A stretch of DNA of 63,025 nucleotides, counting the filler, from Choristocarpus tenellus KU-1152 (Eukaryota > Protista > Phaeophyceae): the NCBI GenBank assembly GCA_964200185.2. It is 11 parts of 11 records of this genome, joined end to end, with 100 filler letters (N's around TTAATTAATTAA, not from the genome) between each part and the next. Parts side by side here need not be neighbours in the genome. Positions count along the whole stretch, not along the records: positions 55,211 to 58,035 come from CAXNAD020024424.1; positions 58,136 to 63,025 come from CAXNAD020012654.1; 9 more parts are not named here. The stretch is one strand, 5' to 3'. The stretch's first letter is position 1. The number at the start of each line of letters is the position of its first letter. Positions 56,883 to 63,025 of this stretch are shown here, one piece after another. Position numbers and translations under genes: made by a program. Under the pieces are notes generated by a model. That model had not been told where the DNA came from. It ran no database searches and worked only from the letters and a program-made list of their open reading frames with translations.

Positions 56883-57166
56883 GCGGCAAAGCATTTAAGA
56901 GGGTATGATTTTTGCCCTGCTCTGTCCCTTCGGGGCTTGGCTTAGGGTTAGGGGTTTTTATGTCCTTTTTTCGGTTTTCTGTGTGAACACTAACAAACCC
57001 TAACCCTAATATGTATACGGCTATGAAAGGTGTGTCCGGAGCAAGGATATTGGCACTACTTGCTAACAAACACACGATAGCCAAAATTCATCGAAATTGC
57101 AACGTTGGATTCATGACCCCCAAGCGGACACGGCCCTAACCCTGACCCTCTTAAATGCTTCGGGTC
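56883..57166 (-). mobile_element. MITE family A variant subfamily (A2)
   Basis: TIR core AAGCATTTAAGAGGGT / ACCCTCTTAAATGCTT; body homologous to 62505-62772 and, in part, to family A. Confidence 0.8.
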
Positions 57167-58012
57167 GCGTTTGAGATCATCCGGGACAGGAACAAACTTC
57201 TACTTTTTCCTTGCAACTCTGTTGGTGTACGCCGCTGCCCTTTCACGTCTCTGGTGCTCTAATACTTGTTACTCGAGGAGGATAGGAGTCTGGACAAGAC
57301 TCTGTTCTAAGACTGAGGAGGATATAGTCCCAGGGATGGTGACGTGGCGTGACATGTACAAGGGATAGAGAGTGAGGTAGGGCTAGGGGCGGTAGGGGGA
57401 GAGGATGATAAATTGGATTTTAGCGAGGTGTAAGAGGCTATACGCGAGGAAGGAGGCCACTACGCTGAGAACAGCAGAGGCATGCACCTTCCATTTCCAG
57501 AGCACTCCGCAAGCCCGTGCTCCGGCGGAGTTGACTGCCCTCCCCCATCCAGGTTCTCTGGTCGACCTGCCCAAGCCTTCCCAGATGGGCAAACCCCTGG
57601 TACACAGCAAGACCATACGGCCCACAAAGAGGTTAGGGGGAATGGCCGTGAACAAGCAATGTGATCAATTTTGGGGGTATGTATGGAAGTGGAGGTTTGT
57701 TACCCATTCCGAGTGATGGAGTTTGACGGAGAGGCCAAGAGAAGAAGGGAAATGCTCGAGAGGGATGGGGGCAAGGGGGATCAAAAAGAAGGTGGTGTGT
57801 GGTGGGCTCAGTGCGCAAGATGTGCAATGGCACCAACTCTTGCAGAAAAAGCGATGCATTTCTGGGTGGTAGGAGGGAAAGAGAACTAATCTGTACAAAC
57901 TCTGAGGGGTGTATGTGGAGGCCATAACGTAGAAGGAGGGGACAAGGACAAGGAAGACTCGTAGGGGGGCAAGGGATGGAGTAGACAATGATAATTGTTT
58001 TACCGTCAGTTT

Positions 58013-58035
58013 GGCTCAAAGTATCTATCTGGGGG
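58013..58035 (+). mobile_element. MITE family B left TIR (contig end)
   Basis: GGCTCAAAGTATCT..GGGGG. Confidence 0.6.
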
Positions 58036-59059
58036 NNNNNNNNNNNNNNNNNNNNNNNNNNNNNNNNNNNNNNNNNNNNTTAATTAATTAANNNNNNNNN
58101 NNNNNNNNNNNNNNNNNNNNNNNNNNNNNNNNNNNAAAAGAAAAAAAAAAAAAAAAACAAATATTTGGGGGTAGGGGGGGGGGGGGGGGGTTAATGACCA
58201 TATTCCTGCGACAAATTGCATCATTTTTCAAGTTCACGTTAGAATGACTTGCAACTTCTCCCCCTCAGAGAAATGGTTGATCATCGCCCATACTTCATAT
58301 GAAGATTTTCACCAAATTCTGGCTCACCCCCCCTCAAGCATGGTCGTTCTTTTCTGATGGACTTTCAACACGCTTTTCATTCTCCTCCTGTTCCTTCCCC
58401 CTTTTGAGGTATTTTCACTACCATTATTGTCTTGTCTTATGAAACAGTTCGACATACATGCTAGTTGTGGTGCTTGGTTGCCCAATCCAATCCTTTTTTC
58501 TAGGTCAATTTTTCAACACTGATTTCCCACACCTTCACATATTTTTTGAAGTGTGCTACTCTGAAGTGTATCACAATATTGTTTTGTTAAAGTAGTTTGT
58601 ACAACTTAGTTATTGTGGTTGCTGAGTTGCCAATTGCTACTCCTTCTTAGGGATTGTTCCATTCCCATGCAGACTTCTTGAAGTATATCGTGAATACAAT
58701 GTCTTGTGATGGACGGATGTGCAATATTGATATTGGAAAGAACTTTTTTTCTTAATCCTCTGTCATACCTGTTACGTCCTCGGGATAAATCGAAACAGCC
58801 TTAAGGGGGGTATCGTTGAAGTTGTAGGGGTCCTTACGACTGTTTATAGTGCTGCATGTGTTTTGGAGTACGGTAGAGGGCGTTTTCGTGCTGATGTGGA
58901 ACACCAAGTCGGGCAAAACAATACCATCAATGTCCACACCTCTTCCTCTTTGATCCCTCCATTCAATTGTCTGAGTAGGTGCAAAAATCTGGCTAAGGTG
59001 CTAATGTTCGATGTAGTCTACAATATGATTTTGCGAATGTGACGGATTGTCATGCTTGC

Positions 59060-59430
59060 TCACAAATCTCCAAAGATTGTTTTAGAGGCACTTGATGATG
59101 TGTGCACTTGGGGGGGAAAGCTGCCTATGTTACCGAGGGGTGCCATATGGCAAACATGAAGGTGCTATTCGGGAGACTTGACAGGAGATATTGGAAAGCA
59201 AGCAGATAGTTTCTTGGATGAGTTAGTCACTCATGCAGTGGGGGGGGAAAGGGGAGCAGGGATGTTGTAGGAAAGGGTCTGTCAAATCCTGTTTGAGACG
59301 GATAGTATTCGTCACTGACCAAGTGGCTCTCTCAATACATGCCATGTGCTTTAAGCTAGAGACACCAGAGAGATGGGCATGAAGGGGTCTGTAATATTTT
59401 TGGGATGCTTCCCTATCTCCTCGCCCACCT
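59060..59430 (+). mobile_element. Older, degraded C-terminal fragment of the CRE/RLE-like LINE
   Basis: Frameshifted GDIGKQADSFLDELVTHAVGG..CRKGSVKSCLRRIVFVTDQVALSIHAMCFKLETPERWA aligns with the peptide and DNA at 14199-14370. Confidence 0.75.
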
Positions 59431-60257
59431 TCGTAGGGCTAACCTAGGTTGAACCATAATAGTTTACACATTATGTTGTAGTTACCAACCGTTGAGGGAG
59501 CATTATTGTACTGTTAGTTTTCCAATATAATACGAAGAGGTATTTCTTAGAGAGGTATATTTTGCACTACCATAACTACTGTTTTTACAGCAGTCCTTGT
59601 GATACACCATACCTTCTATATTTCCCAAATACTTACGTAAAATATCAGAGGGCCTGTCAGATTCTTGGAAGGCTTCCCTAGCTCCTCACCCTGTTGTGTA
59701 GGACTAATTTGCTTTGCTCACGAATTCTGGATTATTATATATTCTATGTTTGCACTCCACTCATTCTCCTCCTCCCCATTTTACCACATTCATTCAAAAA
59801 TATACAGTATTAACACTACGCAGTACCACAAAGTATTACCTCTCTTCCATTATGGAAGGCAAAAACAAATGTTCCATATTGTAAGACTCCTTTGGAGTTA
59901 CTTCAATGTGGCCCTTATGCTACGCCTTGGGGGTAGGAGGCTCCTCGCCGTCGAACAGGTAGTATTTCTGACCGTCTCTAATTATATAAAATCATGTCTC
60001 ATTCACATAGAGGAAGTCTTCAAAGTGGTGGCACCTCTTAGACGGTCCGCGCTCGTCATGGACCCGACTCAGTGCCCACCTTAGCCTCTCTCGCATGCCG
60101 TCGACAGCAAGCAACGGCTTGAGATACTCCCTCCTCACCTGTCCCTTTGTACTTCTCAAAAACATGAAAATAGGATAGGATCATTTGTATTCGAATCGAC
60201 TAATCAGGTTCCGCTCTCTAAAGCAGTACATACATACTTCAAAGAGAATAATAATAT

Positions 60258-60559
60258 GATGCGCTTCAAACTAGAGTCACCGGGGAGATGGGCACGGAGG
60301 GGTCTGTTGGATTCTTGGGATGCTTCCCTAGCTCCCCCCCCGGGGCACAGTAGTAGGTAGATGGAAAGCTAAGGAAGACAGTAGTACAATATTTGATAGT
60401 GGTGAAGTAGCTTATTATTAGTGGTTTCCACACAATGTTTTATAGTGTTCTTACGTTTAGGATATTTTATTATTTCCTTAGGGCTATTAACGACATATAT
60501 ATAGTTTTTTATTGGTTTCCCCCCTGACACATCTGCAAAATGTCAGAGGGCAAAATAAT
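60258..60559 (+). mobile_element. 5'-truncated CRE/RLE-like LINE insertion
   Basis: ORF tail (MRFKLESPGRW), 3' UTR, terminal stem-loop CTGACA-N11-TGTCAG, A/AAT tail; 10-bp TSD ATAATAATAT at 60248-60257 and 60560-60569. Confidence 0.85.
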
Positions 60560-62504
60560 ATAATAATATATTCATACTTAAAGATCGTCGAGTTGAAAAT
60601 GTGGGGTAATTGGTTTGATCGGGAAAATGGAGTTCGGGAAGCACTTTGATTGGTAGACTCCGGACGTGAGAAAGAAACATTCAACAAGAAATTTGTATTG
60701 CTACATCGATCTGTAGACGGTTTGACGGTTTCTTTTGTCCTCAAAACTAAGTTGGGATGTTCATCACAAATTTGGAATTGTCTTCCTCTGAGATGGATCT
60801 ATCTGTAAGGGGTTCATCTTGGCGATATCTTTCCCAGAAATACTAAAAAGAGTGAGGAACGAAGGAAGGCCCTACGTAAGGTTCGGCACCAGAAGATGTC
60901 TATCTAGACAGTATGCCCTAGAATTCTTGGCATGTTTCAGCGCCGAAGTGATTGGGCTTACCCTCGCATCACAAGTACCTCTCCTTGCCTCCCCTCCGAG
61001 CCAACCAACCTTCTTCCTCCACCTCTCTTTCACCCTCACTCGAGATTCCGTCCCTCTGCACAACGCAACTAAACTAACACGACAATCATTATCCTTGAGC
61101 TCACCACTATCTACAATAGCAACAAATCCCATTGATTCAGGTCATGGAACCCTGGGATGAGCCACGCAGATCGAACCTAATCCAGACTTCCCCCTAAACC
61201 AATACAGAGTCACCATGCGGCTGCTCTATCTCCTCCTATTTTGGGATCTCCGTCTTTCACCTTTGCTGATGATGCCAATGGCGAGGAGGTGAGGGTCTCT
61301 GACCGTTCTTGTTTTCATGGTCAGGATCTGCCCCTTCTCGAGTCTGTGTCTATCCATGGATGCAGAAAGTGATTTCATTTGTCCAGCAAATCATGCTGCT
61401 AGTCACGTGACACAAGTGCAGTCCGCTATGTGGACTGCAGAAGCAGTACATTTGTACTGAGCACTTCGATATCATTACCAATAACGAACAAGAGGGCTCC
61501 TTCATCAAGCCTTTATGTCTCCCAAGCTCAAAATCATGATCTACGCACATTACCCCTACCTCTCCCAACATATTTCTTTGCCCTGGGCTTCATCTTGGTC
61601 TCCGTCCGCCCTCTTGGGACCAGTAGTCCAATATCAGTATTAGTTCATATAAAGATTTGAGCCCTCTTGCGGAAAAATGAAAGCCAACAATATAGAACAC
61701 ATGAGAAAGAAACAGTGAATATAACCCAAGCTATCTTGTTCTTTTGACCATGACTCTACGCGTTCACTTGCCTTGCTACCTCACCTGTTCCTACGCCTGC
61801 CCCTCCTCTTCACACCATCATAGAAGGATATTGGACATGACCCCATCAGTACCAATGGCGTTGTGCAGCCAACTACTGCCAACCGTCAAAGTGATGATGA
61901 TGCTGCCATTGGTAATTCTCCCTGGCCCTTTCTTCAGGTAGATGAGTTACAGGATTGCCTTCTATGTTATTCATTATGATACCTTCTCCTCTCATGTTGT
62001 CTGAATGGACTAACCTAAAGAATTCCTTGAGTGATATCACCATTGCTGCGATGTTTACATGGACACTAATCACCCAAGAAGTATTCAGCACATGAGGAAA
62101 GTTGCAGAACAAACGACGACATATTTACTAAGTATCTCGTACATGCCTACTCAATTGGAAGGAATACTGTATGTTGCTAGAGACACAAAGAGTCCAGAGT
62201 AAACGGTATTATTGTCATTTCTCATTGGGCTAAGTGTTGCTTTTGACAGCGTTCCTTGTCAATTTCATTTCTAGTTCATGATATAATTCATGCCTGCCTT
62301 GAAAACAAAAACCCCTCACCCCTCCCTTCCCCCTGCCACATTTATCTTGCCCACCTGCCCACCCTTCCCCTTGAACCTTTGTTCAGGGTGAGCATACGTG
62401 TCAAATGCCCCACACAGCAGAGGACTGGATAGCCCTTGGGCGTATGGATGACATTCTTTCAGGAGGGAGTAACATGTGCACACCTTGGAATCCCAACCCT
62501 TCAA

Positions 62505-62772
62505 GACCCAAAACAATGAAGAGGGTAGGAGTTTTTCCCTGTTTGTCCATTCAGGGCTTGGCTTCCCATGGGTTTCTTCTGCATTTTTTTTGTTTTTTTA
62601 TGTGTGAACACTAACCCGAACCCTACAGTGTTCACAACCATGAAAGGTTTGTCCGGAGCAAGGCTATTGACACCTGCTAACAAACGCACAATATCCAAAA
62701 TTCATCAAAATCACAACATCGGACTTATGACCCCTAACGGACACGGCCCTAGCCTCTTGAATGCCTTGGGTC
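62505..62772 (-). mobile_element. MITE subfamily A2, full copy
   Basis: GACCCAA..AAGAGG / CCTCTT..TTGGGTC termini, CAA duplicated on both flanks. Confidence 0.85.
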
Positions 62773-62984
62773 CAAATGCCCCCATGAACCTCTGCCTCTT
62801 CATACCACGATTGACCGCCTCTTGGAGACAGATATGCGCAACATTTCCCTCCATACTCCAGTGAAGGTGATATGCCATATGCTACCTGAGAACCTTTAAT
62901 CCTTGGTTGAATTTTTTCATAGCCTCAGCCAGTGTCTGATCCAATTGAGTCCATTGTCAGATGTCTCTGTTCCTGTTCCTTGGA

Positions 62985-63025
62985 GGCTCAAAGTATCTGG
63001 GAGGGGGTGGCGGCTGTCCATTTGG
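62985..63025 (+). mobile_element. MITE family B left end (window end)
   Basis: GGCTCAAAGTATCTGGGAGGGGGTGGCGGCTGTCCATTTGG. Confidence 0.8.

Noticed and set aside
60640-61200. AIVDSG as a retroviral-type aspartic protease; possible TE relics at 33000-33700, 41300-41900, 54150-54800 and 58200-59000
   Set aside because: Only single weak motifs in stop-ridden frames; no family can be supported without a search.

Overview
Eukaryotic nuclear DNA, not a contiguous locus. Eleven short contigs are joined by artificial 100-bp linkers (N44-TTAATTAATTAA-N44) at 3342, 7534, 10772, 14099, 31467, 34222, 40610, 44318, 55111 and 58036, so adjacency across linkers means nothing. The GT-AG intron-rich genes, TTAGGG motifs and transposon types suggest a photosynthetic stramenopile, probably a brown alga (inference). 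I reconstructed exons by hand for eight genes: a rhomboid protease (partial), a GPR107/108-type GOST protein head-to-head with EIPR1/TSSC1 (both partial), a cyanobacterial-type hypothetical protein (partial), a class C (7tm_3) GPCR, RAD52 (complete), a VGT/xylose-symporter-like sugar porter (partial) and a BON-type copine (complete). The non-coding space holds two related MITE families, 3' ends of a CRE/RLE-type non-LTR retrotransposon with target-site duplications (TSDs), pogo/Tigger relics and many minisatellites. The three most notable signals are: (1) TTAGGG/CCCTAA hexamers that appear to have been written into pre-existing repeats at internal sites, suggesting telomerase-templated patching; (2) a CCA-terminated 3' half of tRNA-Ser(GCT) that stops exactly at U33; (3) a LINE inserting into its own 3' UTR. 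Family assignments come from recalled motifs, with no database search.
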